The position numbers and the translations under genes are program-made. A stretch of 63,652 nucleotides of DNA, filler included, from Lenisia limosa (lineage: Eukaryota; Protista; Breviatea), in NCBI GenBank assembly GCA_001655205.1. It is 11 parts of 11 records of this genome, joined end to end, with 100 filler letters (N's around TTAATTAATTAA, not from the genome) between each part and the next. Parts side by side here need not be neighbours in the genome. Positions count along the whole stretch, not along the records: positions 53,513 to 54,556 come from LPNZ01002457.1; positions 54,657 to 56,832 come from LPNZ01009858.1; positions 56,933 to 59,368 come from LPNZ01009620.1; positions 59,469 to 62,289 come from LPNZ01002030.1; positions 62,390 to 63,652 come from LPNZ01002211.1; 6 more parts are not named here. One strand, written 5' to 3'. Under the pieces are notes generated by a model, which was given only the letters and a program-made list of their open reading frames with translations, made no database searches and had not been told where the DNA came from. The stretch's first letter is position 1. Each line of letters begins with the position of its first letter. Positions 53,513 to 63,652 of this stretch are shown here, piece by piece.

Positions 53513-54273
53513 AGTGCCTTGTGTAGTCACCCGAATTGTTTCGACGATCTCAAGATCTTCAGGGAAGGTCCTACAGAAAAAACCTCGGTGTGCTGAGGGT
53601 CAATTGGCAATCAGTATTCTTCACCATCGTCTTTCAACCTGTCTTTCAACCTTCACCATCGTCTTTCAACCCGTCTTTCAACCTTCACCATCGTCTTTCA
53701 ACCTTCACCATCGTCTTTCAACCTTTACCATCGTCTTACAACCTTTATCGTCATCTTGATCACCTTTACCATCGTCATCATCATCACACCATCGTCATTT
53801 CCTTTATCTTCATCTTCATCATCATACCATCTACATAGTACATCATCTTTATCACCTTCATTTTCTTTACCATTCTTTATCTTCGAGGGATACATAAAAT
53901 ACGTATCATATATATCATATATTATAGAGTGTTTCTTTAACCTCACATTTTATAGAAAGTTTCTTTGACATTTTATAGGACTGTTGAAGTTCGCAAAACG
54001 GCAGTTGTTGAGATTCTTGCCAACAGTCCGCTTCCCCTTGAACCCTATGCGTCTCTCCCTGCTCTTGGACGGTGGGGGTTATACAAACTGTGGACGGCTT
54101 CGGCCAGATACAACCTTGTTTTTATTTCTTATTGCAATATATTACATATTAATTTGGTTCTGAAAGTCCAAAAGCCAATGTCATTTTAACATTTCTCACC
54201 CTTCAGATTCTTGTTGCGTCACGAAGGGCAAACCGTCGCTGCCGGAATAGTTACTAAGGTATACCAGGCCTGA
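53513..54273 (+). CDS. HBS1L: HBS1-like translational GTPase, C-terminal domain III
   Basis: VPCVVTRIVSTISRSSGKVLQKKPR|TVEVRKTAVVEILANSPLPLEPYASLPALGR|FLLRHEGQTVAAGIVTKVYQA*. Closer to recalled HBS1 (LGRFMLRYGGSTIAAGVV) than to eEF1A or eRF3. Confidence 0.75.
53610..53740. repeat. Minisatellite, about 21-bp unit, in HBS1L intron
   Basis: ttcaccatcgtctttcaacc repeated with variants. Confidence 0.85.
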
Positions 54274-55974
54274 TTTCACTCTGATTCCAATGTATACTAG
54301 TTTTTCTTCACTTGGCTGCTTCTAATAGTAAATCCATGGGAAATAATAACCTACAACTGATGGATTGTTTGGACGGCTTTAGCCAGATACAACCTTGTTT
54401 TTTATTTCTCATTGCTATATGATATGTATGTCAGATGATATATTTACATATTAGATAGATAGAATTCTATTTGTTCTATAGTATATATAGTATATAGTAA
54501 AAAATATACAGTAATATACTATACCACCATGATTAGCGTGATGGTGTCCAAGACCCNNNNNNNNNNNNNNNNNNNNNNNNNNNNNNNNNNNNNNNNNNNN
54601 TTAATTAATTAANNNNNNNNNNNNNNNNNNNNNNNNNNNNNNNNNNNNNNNNNNNNCGAAGTCTGACAAGTCAATAGTTTTCATCTTTTAACTCTTTTCT
54701 TGGGGATACTAGGCCCAAAGGGGTGCAGGGAAGTACTATCACAAGTAAATAGTTAAGACTGTTACACCCCTCCCATACATCCAAGAAGAATTGGCAACTC
54801 CTCAACAAATCGCGTGCTGTAGCCCTCTACCATCTTGAAAGGCTGGGGAGTGAGAAAATAATAATAAAAAAATTATAAAATAGAAAAATAAATAATAATA
54901 ATTATATTAAATAATATAAAAAAGAGATAAAACACTAATAGATCTGTTTCTCATATATGATATGATATGATAATCCCCCCCCCCCCCCAANNNNNNNNNN
55001 NNNNNNNNNNNNNNNNNNNNNNNNNNNNNNNNNNNNNNNNNNNNNNNNNNNNNNNNNNNNNNNNNNNNNNNNNNNNNNNNNNNNNNNNNNNNNNNNNNNN
55101 NNNNNNNNNNNNNNNNNNNNNNNNNNNNNNNNNNNNNNNNNNNNNNNNNNTGTTGGCTGACAACACACAAGCAGTCGCTTATACAGCATCGCATCCCATC
55201 ACTCCAGCGTACTAGAATCGCAAACAAAGAATCCATAAAACAACCCAAGTTAAATAACAATTGGGATATACCCTCCCATCAAGGGACTTCGCACCGTCTA
55301 CGTTATTCCCGACCCTCCACACGTCCTCAAGCGATGGACAAACATCGACTACGGATGAATATTTGATTCCACTTTTTGGCGATTTTCAGTTCAAGTGCAA
55401 GAACCGGAAGAAGCTGTGTTGTAAGTTTGCTGGAAGTGTCATAGATACTTTTCTCCTGCATCATTTTCTGACATACAGGATGATGGGTTTAAAAGCAGAA
55501 AAGCTTTGTCAGTGTTTGTTTTTCATTTCTTATTGCTAGTGTTTTCTGACAATACCGACAATGCAAGGCTTAGATAAGCATAAATTAGTACAGCAAAAAT
55601 CGATTGAGGCAAAATGCCGAAAACTGGTACATGCAGAGAAAAAAAAAGCTGGAACTGTGGAGTCAGAAGATGGTTGAAACTAAGATGCGATTGAATCATT
55701 GGGTCTTAAAGGTATCTATGAAAGACCCTGAGCTTGAGAGCATTTAGCCAACCTAATAAGACTATGTTAACAATCTGACGTTAATCGGATGCTAATGTAG
55801 AATTTAAAGCAAGCTTGGACCTGCCTTTGTTTTTTTTTTTGCAAGAAAGATAAAAGTTGTTGATTACGATACACAGAATATACATCATATCATATAGACA
55901 CATGTAAGAAAACAGGGCTTATACCCCAAATAGACAACATGCCCCTCTTCTTTGAACCATAAGACAAGGTATAG

Positions 55975-56122
55975 TCAGGGTTTCACTCACTCCGGAAAAT
56001 GAGTGAAGTATTCGATAAATCCTCGAGAGATTTCGACATATTTCGATTCGATATATCATATGTATATATTTCGATAAATCTTCGATAGTTCACCATCTTT
56101 TACGTACCGGAGTGAAGCCCTA
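55975..56122. mobile_element. R2 hAT-type MITE (longer variant)
   Basis: Ends (T)CAGGGTTTCAC...GTGAAGCCCTA; flanks AGGTATAG / AGTTATAG (7/8). Confidence 0.75.
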
Positions 56123-56168
56123 AGTTATAGTCTTTTGGACCTTAGGAAAAACGAGTTGTTTGGCCACA

Positions 56169-56832
56169 TCACTCACCAATTCCCTCAGGAGTGATATAGC
56201 GGTAGTAGATCTCACTATACTCCAACTTGGACAGGCCACTTGGGAGTTTCGATGGAGATAGGCCTGAAATATGGGATGTTAGGGGGGGGGGTGAGNNNNN
56301 NNNNNNNNNNNNNNNNNNNNNNNNNNNNNNNNNNNNNNNNNNNNNNNNNNNNNNNNNCACACAGACTGGCAAGGAAGGCGGAACCAGAGAAGATGAGTCC
56401 CGAGCCACAAATACTGCGGGTAACAGGCGGATGCGCAAAGAGAGGGTTTCCTAAAACGGAAGGTGAATAAAGGTTTCCTAAAAAGGAAGGTTAATAAAGA
56501 AATACAAAAAGGTGATTTCTTAAAAGGAAGTTTGCCAAAAAGGATTTACTATGTAAAATAGTATCTATTTGAAAAACAAAGATCCCCTTAGTAGCGTATT
56601 AGGATAACTATTACCTCAAGTGAAAAATATTACAATAGCTTCACTTTTGTTCCAAAAAAGACCTAATCCTCGATAAATCCTCGATAGGTACTTGATATTT
56701 TTTCAGTCTTTTGGAACCGAAAGCGAAGCTCTTATTACCTTTAGTGAGGCTTGAGGGCTGGGCGAAGGCGCGACCAAGGTTGTTAAGGAGAACAGCAGCC
56801 TCGTCACTGACTATGATGTGCTGCATGGCCTC
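56169..56832 (-). CDS. Hypothetical protein fragment
   Basis: Exons EAMQHIIVSDEAAVLLNNLGRAFAQPSSLTK|GT and ...LPSGLSKLEYSEIYYRYITPEGI|GT. Confidence 0.35.
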
Positions 56833-57139
56833 NNNNNNNNNNNNNNNNNNNNNNNNNNNNNNNNNNNNNNNNNNNNTTAATTAATTAANNNNNNNNNNNN
56901 NNNNNNNNNNNNNNNNNNNNNNNNNNNNNNNNTCACGCTTATAAGAGATATGAATGATAGTGTAATATTAATTCACCCAATCATTTGTCTTGATCCTGAA
57001 AACGATTGGCAACAGATAAAGCTCAATATCCATGTCAGGACTTTTGTGGTCAGTATATACTCAAACAGTACCCCTCCTCCCCTTTATTAAACACAAACGA
57101 AAGAGTAACTTGGCCATACACATAAAAGAGTAACTTGAC

Positions 57140-57630
57140 GATTTGGGCTTTTTTAATTTCATAAATTTTCCAATTTCACCCCCCCCCCCCCGNNNNNNNN
57201 NNNNNNNNNNNNNNNNNNNNNNNNNNNNNNNNNNNNNNNNNNNNNNNNNNNNNNNNNNNNNNNNNNNNNNNNNNNNNNNNNNNNNNNNNNNNNNNNNNNN
57301 NNNNNNNNNNNNNNNNNNNNNNNNNNNNNNNNNNNNNNNNNNNNNNNNNNNNNNNNNNNNNNNNNNNNNNNNNNNNNNNNNNNNNNNNNNNNNNNNNNNN
57401 NNNNNNNNNNNNNNNNNNNNNNNNNNNNNNNNNNNNNNNNNNNNNNNNNNNNNNNNNNNNNNNNNNNNNNNNNNNNNNNNNNNNNNNNNNNNNNNNNNNN
57501 NNNNNNNNNNNNNNNNNNNNNNNNNNNNNAATTTATGTAACAAAAAATGCCCAAATCAACCCTGTTGGTTATCATAACAAAAAAAAACAAAGACCAGGCC
57601 AGTCTCTTCTACAGCAACATCCCCATCATT
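57140..57630. repeat. Two R1 copies in inverted orientation flanking a long N gap (others at 6655-6692, 55151-55205, 58590-58632)
   Basis: 57140-57190 reverse (gggc...ttcataaattttccaatttcaccccc); 57530-57630 forward (atttatgtaac...gcccaaatcaaccctgttgg...gaccaggccagtc). Confidence 0.75.
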
Positions 57631-57676
57631 CCAGTAAAACAAAGAAATTCAGACGATGAATATTGAAGGTGGGAGG

Positions 57677-57774
57677 TATGGCTTCACTTCAGTTTGAACA
57701 ATAACGGTAAAATATCGATAGTTTTCGAAGATTTATCCAGAAATTCGGTCTTTTTTGAACCGAAATGAAGCCAA
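57677..57774. mobile_element. R2 hAT-type MITE
   Basis: TATGGCTTCACTTCAGTTTGAA...TTGAACCGAAATGAAGCCAA; flanks GTGGGAGG / GTGGAAGG (7/8). Confidence 0.8.
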
Positions 57775-57980
57775 GTGGAAGGTTTAAATGTGTACGTATG
57801 AGGGGTGGGGGGNNNNNNNNNNNNNNNNNNNNNNNNNNNNNNNNNNNNNNNNNNNNNNNNNNNNNNNNNNNNNNNNNNNNNNNNNNNNNNNNNNNNNNNN
57901 NNNNNNNNNNNNNNNNNNNNNNNNNNNNNNNNNNNNNNNNNNNNNNNNNNNNNNNNNNNNNNNNNNNNNNNNNNNNNNNC

Positions 57981-58810
57981 CTTCCATATAAGGTAACCCA
58001 CCTGGGAACTGAGCGTAGACGCCGTGTCCCTCCGCGGCCGAGCTAACAACCTTCTTTTCGCTCCGGAGAAGTCCGGTAGTACTGGGTCGGGCCGAATCAG
58101 GAGGTTGTGCGTTCGGGTCGGCTGTACTGCTAACCGATGGATCGGAATGACATCGGCCACGGCCTTCGGACTTGGGGTCTTCGACCGGGGATAGCATGGG
58201 GGCTCTAGAGGTGATTATGATAATGATTATGATGTTGATGATGTTGATGGTGATAATGATGATAATGATGACGATGATGGTGATGATGATGATAATGAGG
58301 TGAGGTTGTTTTTGTTAAGAATGGTAGCGTATGAATCAAGGGTGACAGTCACGAAATGAGCTCTAAAAACAACAAACCTGGGGGGAGGAGGGGACGTGGA
58401 AGGGTTGTTGTTGGCAAGGGNNNNNNNNNNNNNNNNNNNNNNNNNNNNNNNNNNNNNNNNNNNNNNNNNNNNNNNNNNNNNNNNNNNNNNNNNNNNNNNN
58501 NNNNNNNNNNNNNNNNNNNNNNNNNNNNNNNNNNNNNNNNNNNNNNNNNNNNNNNNNNNNNNNNNNNNNNNNNNNNNNNNNNNNNNNNNAACAAAACAAA
58601 CAGGGCTCTTCTGCAGCACCGCATCCCATCACTCGGGGGGCAAAGTTGACCATTTAAGAACAAAAACAAAAAAGGCCGTACACACAGCTATATAATATAC
58701 AGAAATGAAATACCCCAAGTGAAGCCCTAAAGATGCCCCACCGGACAGGGGTCGAAACCAGGATTTCTCTGTTGCCGCGGGGGCCTCCAAGAGGCTCAGG
58801 AAACTCTGCA
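57981..58810 (-). CDS. Hypothetical low-complexity protein fragment
   Basis: GC-richer minus-strand segments with open frames and donor sites (e.g. CCAG|GTGGG near 58000), separated by repeat-filled introns. Reading frame uncertain. Confidence 0.2.
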
Positions 58811-59723
58811 AAAGTTATATATGGCTTCACTTCAGTTCGAAAAAGATCGGTCAAATAGCGACAATTATCGAAGATTTATCGAGGATTTATTGAGAAATTC
58901 CGTCTTTCTTTGAACCACAGTGAATCCCTGAGAATAGGGGTATAATGAGGGGAATTCTGGGGGGGGGGGGGNNNNNNNNNNNNNNNNNNNNNNNNNNNNN
59001 NNNNNNNNNNNNNNNNNNNNNNNNNNNNNNNNNNNNNNNNNNNNNNNNNNNNNNNNNNNNNNNNNNNNNNNNNNNNNNNNNNNNNNNNNNNNNNNNNNNN
59101 NNNNNNNNNNNNNNNNNNNNNNNNNNNNNNNNNNNNNNNNNNNNNNNNNNNNNNNNNNNNNNNNNNNNNNNNNNNNATTGAGAATTCAGTCTTTTTTGGA
59201 AAGATTTTCGTTCAATTATCTCTAACAAACGATTTTTTATACGTGGGGCTTCACAACAAAGAGCACAATACAAATTTATTGATGATTATCAAAAACAATC
59301 CAAGCACGAACTTTGGACAAAAGAAAAGGCTAAGATATCCCTATCATATCCTTAGCTTCTCTCAAGAANNNNNNNNNNNNNNNNNNNNNNNNNNNNNNNN
59401 NNNNNNNNNNNNTTAATTAATTAANNNNNNNNNNNNNNNNNNNNNNNNNNNNNNNNNNNNNNNNNNNNTTGAGTATAGTATGAGGGAGACTTTGGGATCT
59501 GGGGGGTACAAGTATTATATCAAATCGTATATGATATGCTCCAATATCTCTTATAAGTTAGTATGACCACTGCGTCCAGATACAAACTTCTTTAACTATA
59601 TTCACTTTGTGAGATTTTGATTTTTGAGATGTGTCAATTTCTTCATTTCTTCATCTGCTCTTAATTTCTACTTTTCTATTTCTCTTTTTTAAGAACATGA
59701 CATAGCAGCGACGATACACATAT

Positions 59724-59756
<33 letters not shown>

Positions 59757-59767
59757 AGATAGATAGA

Positions 59768-59850
59768 TAATCCAATATCTCTTATCAGCGTGATGATGTG
59801 GACGGCTTCGACCAGATACACCTTTATTTTTTATTTCCCATTGCCATATA
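59768..59850 (+). repeat. R3 dispersed repeat (other copies at about 1-15, 41715-41800 rev, 52025-52100 rev, 54088-54135, 54367-54420, 56933-56990 rev, 59538-59590)
   Basis: Shared string ccaatatctcttatcagcgtgatgatgtggacggcttcg(g/a)ccagataca(a)cctt...tttattt(c)tcattgc. Confidence 0.75.
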
Positions 59851-59895
59851 CCAGATAGATTATTATTCTGCGACTTTCACTAACTCCCGATGTAG

Positions 59896-59991
59896 GTAAT
59901 TGAGCAGTTGGAAGATTCCATTATCGCTGAAGAGACCTACCCTGGTTCAGCAACGTCGTTTTTGAAAAACATGGTTGGTGATGAACAGTGA
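59896..59991 (+). CDS. Terminal exon of an unidentified gene
   Basis: Strong CTAAC...TGTAG acceptor followed by VIEQLEDSIIAEETYPGSATSFLKNMVGDEQ*. Confidence 0.35.
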   Translation, partial: VIEQLEDSIIAEETYPGSATSFLKNMVGDEQ

Positions 59992-61261
59992 CCGGAATAA
60001 GTGTGCAATTAATTTTTGAGGATAAATTAGTGCTATCGTTACATTATGTTCCACTTCTCCTGTTTCACTTCAAAGTATAAAATTAATTCCTCAATTAATT
60101 GCGGGGAGTACAACTTCCAAGGTTTTATTATGTTTTAGCAGCCTGCTTATGTATTAAAACTATGATCTTTATGATCCTAGTTTAAATAGAGACTCTGTAT
60201 TTTGTAAATCATATGCATCTACACAGTGTCTTGACCGATTTTCCTTAGGAAATAAGAGGGCAAATCGGTCAAGACGGAGCCTTACTCGTGCGCCATGTGT
60301 TTTTGACTTTTAACCCTGCCAGGTTCTTTATGACGAGCCTCGGTGCTTCAAGGCGTGATTTAGTGTAAGCTTTCCATTGTATAAATTGTTTACCTCAACG
60401 TTTACAGAACTAAAGGTAGTGGTCACAAATCCGTACTATTTGAAGAACATGAGGTGGCGGGCCAGTTCAAGGCAAACGGAATGTTAAGTAAAACCGGAAC
60501 TTGAACATTGTGAAACGCCAGGGTCGAATTAAATAGAGGGTAATGTCACTGGGTTCCTAAAAAGACAGATGTTTTCGATCCTCGAAACTATCGATATAGT
60601 TTACTGGTCTTTTGTATTGAAGTGTAGTCCTAATGCAATATTCTGTGTTTTCTTAAAATCTTTATCATTAAAACAAAAACCATATTTATCAGTGGTTATC
60701 CCACGGCCTCAGTGACCACCTGACCATAGTTAATGTGGAATTAATTCCCTTCTGTTCATAAGACCCAATTCAATGCCGTAGTGGAATGTGACGCCACAAG
60801 CTGTATCATTTGTCAAAGATCTATCAATACTAAACAATCTTAAAGAAAACACTTGCCAAAGCCGAACATAACTAAAGAGAAAAAGGCATACAAACAAAAA
60901 TTAAATACAAAACTATATAAGCGGCGGAAGAACATCAAAGTTTTTGGTTTTAATCGGAGAGAGAGACTTCCTTGGATTTAACCTGAAATGTTATACAAAA
61001 CCAAGTCTGTAAAGATGAGAACTGCAAATTGGTGGCATTTGGCATGCTATTGGGTTACATAGCCCCCACCCCAAGAACAAACATCAAAGTAGTCCATTCT
61101 TCAACCCAAATGGCATCACATTATACTCAAATATGCCCTGTTCACAGGTAAATGCTACTAGATCTCCTGATCATCTTATTTCTCAATTCCGTTACCTGAC
61201 TTTCTCTAAAAATAAAAAACCAGCAATCGGACCAATGAAGCCGTAATAATACCCTTCCCAC

Positions 61262-62170
61262 CTCAGCGGTGTCATTTCCTGCTTTATTGGCCCGAGTAGC
61301 TGCGACGTGAGGCTCAAAGCCGTGGACTGCATAATTGGCGACGGCGTGACGCCATGAAGAACCGAAATTGCCGGCGAGTCCGTGTAGGACCCTTCTGGAC
61401 TCGTGTCGTCCTGGCTGACACTAGACTGGCGGACTAGAGGTTCGGAGACTGGGGTTGGTGGAAGAGGAGGCATTCGGAGCGAGTGGCCTGGGGGGGGGGT
61501 AAAATTGGAAAATTATGAAGTTGATAACAATAAAACAAAGCCCAGGCCAGTCGTTTCTGCAGCACCGCATCCCAGGTAAAATTGGAATCTTGGCGTAAAG
61601 GTACTTATCATGAACGTAAAATACTGCTTTTAAAAAATGGGAGAGGGGAGTGGGGTGAGTGAGAGAGGAGACAATTTGGAAAATTTATGAAACAAAAAAA
61701 GAGCCCAAATCAACTCTATTGGCTGCACGTGGGTTGATAACTACAAAATAAACAAAGCCCAGACCAGTGCACCGCATCTGGGGAGAAGGGGAGGAGCGGC
61801 TTTTACACAGTCTCAAAATAGTCAGGATTTCACGAGAAATCTTCGATAAATATTGATATTTCGGCGGTATTTTTCAGTCCATGGAGAAACTCAAGGTGTG
61901 AATGAACAAGATAGGCTGAAACAGGAACACCATCACCTTTTAAAATGAGAACTCTCAGTCTCCTTCAGCTAACCAAAATATCCTTTCAGCCCTAACCAAC
62001 CAAAAGATCCTGGAGTGGTCGGTTCCCGTCTATACGTGGGAGTGGTAGGTTCACGCCTATACGTTGGCGTTGCGGGCTCACGTCGGTATGTTGGCGTGGA
62101 CGGCTTGGAGCGACACGTGGGTGTGGTATGTCGACTATATTGATATGTGGGGGTCCGAGGCTCGCGGTAC
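61262..62170 (-). CDS. Disordered S/T/P-rich protein fragment carrying a TPTYRREP(A/T) nonapeptide array
   Basis: Exon 62170-62001 (YREPRTPTY...PSTPTYRREPATPTYRREPTTPTYRREPTTPGSF) splices in phase to exon 61487-61262 (GHSLRMPPLPPTPVSEP...). Confidence 0.65.
61490..61780 (+). repeat. Two tandem R1 copies (61490-61573, 61674-61780) in one intron
   Basis: Both match the R1 consensus; the first directly abuts the acceptor AG at 61488-61489 (minus strand). Confidence 0.85.
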
Positions 62171-62389
62171 CTGGAACCAGGGTTAACAAAAATGGTTCCA
62201 TTAAATCTCCACTCAAAAAAGGCTAGTCAACTAAATATGCGATTGTCTATCACTCCTGTCACTCCTATCCTACTATCGCCCCCCCCCCCNNNNNNNNNNN
62301 NNNNNNNNNNNNNNNNNNNNNNNNNNNNNNNNNTTAATTAATTAANNNNNNNNNNNNNNNNNNNNNNNNNNNNNNNNNNNNNNNNNNNN

Positions 62390-62472
62390 TGTGATGTTGT
62401 TATCAACCCTCATGTGTTATCAGCCAAAAGAGTTGATTTTGGGCTTTTTGTTAAATTTTTCAATTTACTCCC
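62390..62472 (-). repeat. R1 copy forming the 3' end of a WDFY3 intron
   Basis: tgttgttatcaaccc...cagccaaaagagttgattttgggc...aaatttttcaatttactccc, followed by atttcag|exon. Confidence 0.85.
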
Positions 62473-62479
62473 ATTTCAG

Positions 62480-63652
62480 CTTGCAGTCTACACTCTCAAC
62501 GGCACGCTAATTTGCCGAGGTCTTGTTGGTAGAGGAGACCATGGAGCGGTAACCAGCTTGAGCTTGGCTGAGGGCCCAGCCTGGTTGGATACTTCCGTGA
62601 TCATCACCGGTCACTTGTGCGGCGAAATTAGGTGGGATGTTAGGGAGTTAATTGATTTTTTTTTTATTATTAGTGTGTGGGGGAGGGGGCTACTACTGCT
62701 GTTATCACCATTATACCCATAAATTTTCAAATTTTACAGCCCATTCTGTTTTGTTTTCTTGTTTCGTATTATTCATTTTTACACACACACCAAACCATAT
62801 CCCTTTTTTATTATTTTTTATCATTGGTAATATGATAAATATAAATATTCTCATGATATTATGCCCCAGATAATTAATATAAATGTTCTATAAATATTGT
62901 CATATTGTTATTTTCATTTTTATGATTTACCCCGCCCAGATGCTGGAGTTTAGTACCCATCAATATGGCCACAGACGAAATAGCCTCACAGCGGCTCAAT
63001 ATTCCCGAGTCCATGAAAAATGAAGTCTGGTGTAGTGGCAAGGTGACGGGGTTATGAGTATTGTCAGTAATATTCTTAATATTATTATTATTTGGATAAG
63101 TGTAAAGAGGGGTTAGGCGGTTTCATTATTTCTGAGAAAGGAGGAGGCAATTTACTATACTAAAACTGCCCATTTAAACGTGTATTTCCCATTTCTAAAC
63201 TACTCCACACCACTGAAACACCACTGCACGTTTCTCTCATATTTCCCCCTAACGACGCAGCGACAAACTAGTCCCGGCGCGACCTGTGATGCTACTCCCC
63301 ACGGTGATGGGACTTTCGGATGGGGCTTATCGCTACGACACATTCTCAGAACCCATGCCTCTCCGGTTACCTGTCTTTCGCTTACTTCGTATGAGGGATT
63401 TCGTTGGTATATTTCTCTCAAAAATACTAAATTTCTCGATAAATCCTAGAATATTGATATTTTTACCGGGCATTTTTGGAAAGTAAAATAGAATTACTGT
63501 TTTCAACATTGAATTTCCCTTTACCCCACAGGGACTTGAAAATGCTGTATTCTGGCGACTTACACGGGCGCATATACGCCTGGGCCCTTCCCGAGTCGTC
63601 TGTACATTGGCAGCGTGATGGTGACGCTCTCCGCTGTCCGCTGTGTTCTACT
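62480..63652 (+). CDS. WDFY3: WDFY3/ALFY (BEACH-WD40-FYVE family) C-terminal fragment
   Basis: LAVYTLNGTLI...WLDTSVIITGHLCGEIRCWSL, HILRTHASPVTCLSLTSDLKMLYSGDLHGRIYAW, then the FYVE onset HWQRDGDALRCPLCST. The BEACH domain itself is outside this contig. Confidence 0.8.

Noticed and set aside
55285-55350. IPDPPHVLKR resembling the P-element/THAP9 transposase DxxHxxK motif
   Set aside because: The frame stops a few codons later, no other transposase motifs or TIRs are nearby, and neither strand gave a consistent gene model.

Overview
Intron-rich eukaryotic nuclear DNA, probably from a protist with aerobic mitochondria (lineage not determinable here). It is not one contiguous locus: about 11 contigs are joined by an artificial 100-bp spacer (about 44 N + TTAATTAATTAA + about 44 N), and there are many internal N gaps next to G/C runs and repeats. 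Most supplied ORFs are spurious or single exons, so genes were rebuilt by hand from GT-AG exons. Family calls come from recalled motifs, not database searches. Recognisable genes: Patched/NPC1-family sterol-sensing-domain transporter, TRANK1-like UvrD/SF1 helicase fragment, PCYT2, a divergent DDB1-like propeller protein, a GP63/leishmanolysin M8 protease with TNFR-like and somatomedin-B tails, a PAS-PAS hybrid histidine kinase, IscA, MED7, an LRR/LRRcap protein, SDHB, a small secreted protein, and fragments of a MAST/Greatwall-type kinase, HBS1L and WDFY3/ALFY. The most interesting signals are non-coding. (1) R1 is a ~150-bp intron-resident repeat that is strand-biased and supplies the pyrimidine tract and AG of several 3' splice sites. 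(2) Introns across the window show G-runs after donors and C-runs before acceptors. (3) R2 is a hAT-type MITE with 8-bp TSDs. (4) The histidine kinase gene carries two tandemly duplicated, frame-shifting splice acceptors. No rRNA, tRNA or CRISPR array could be supported.
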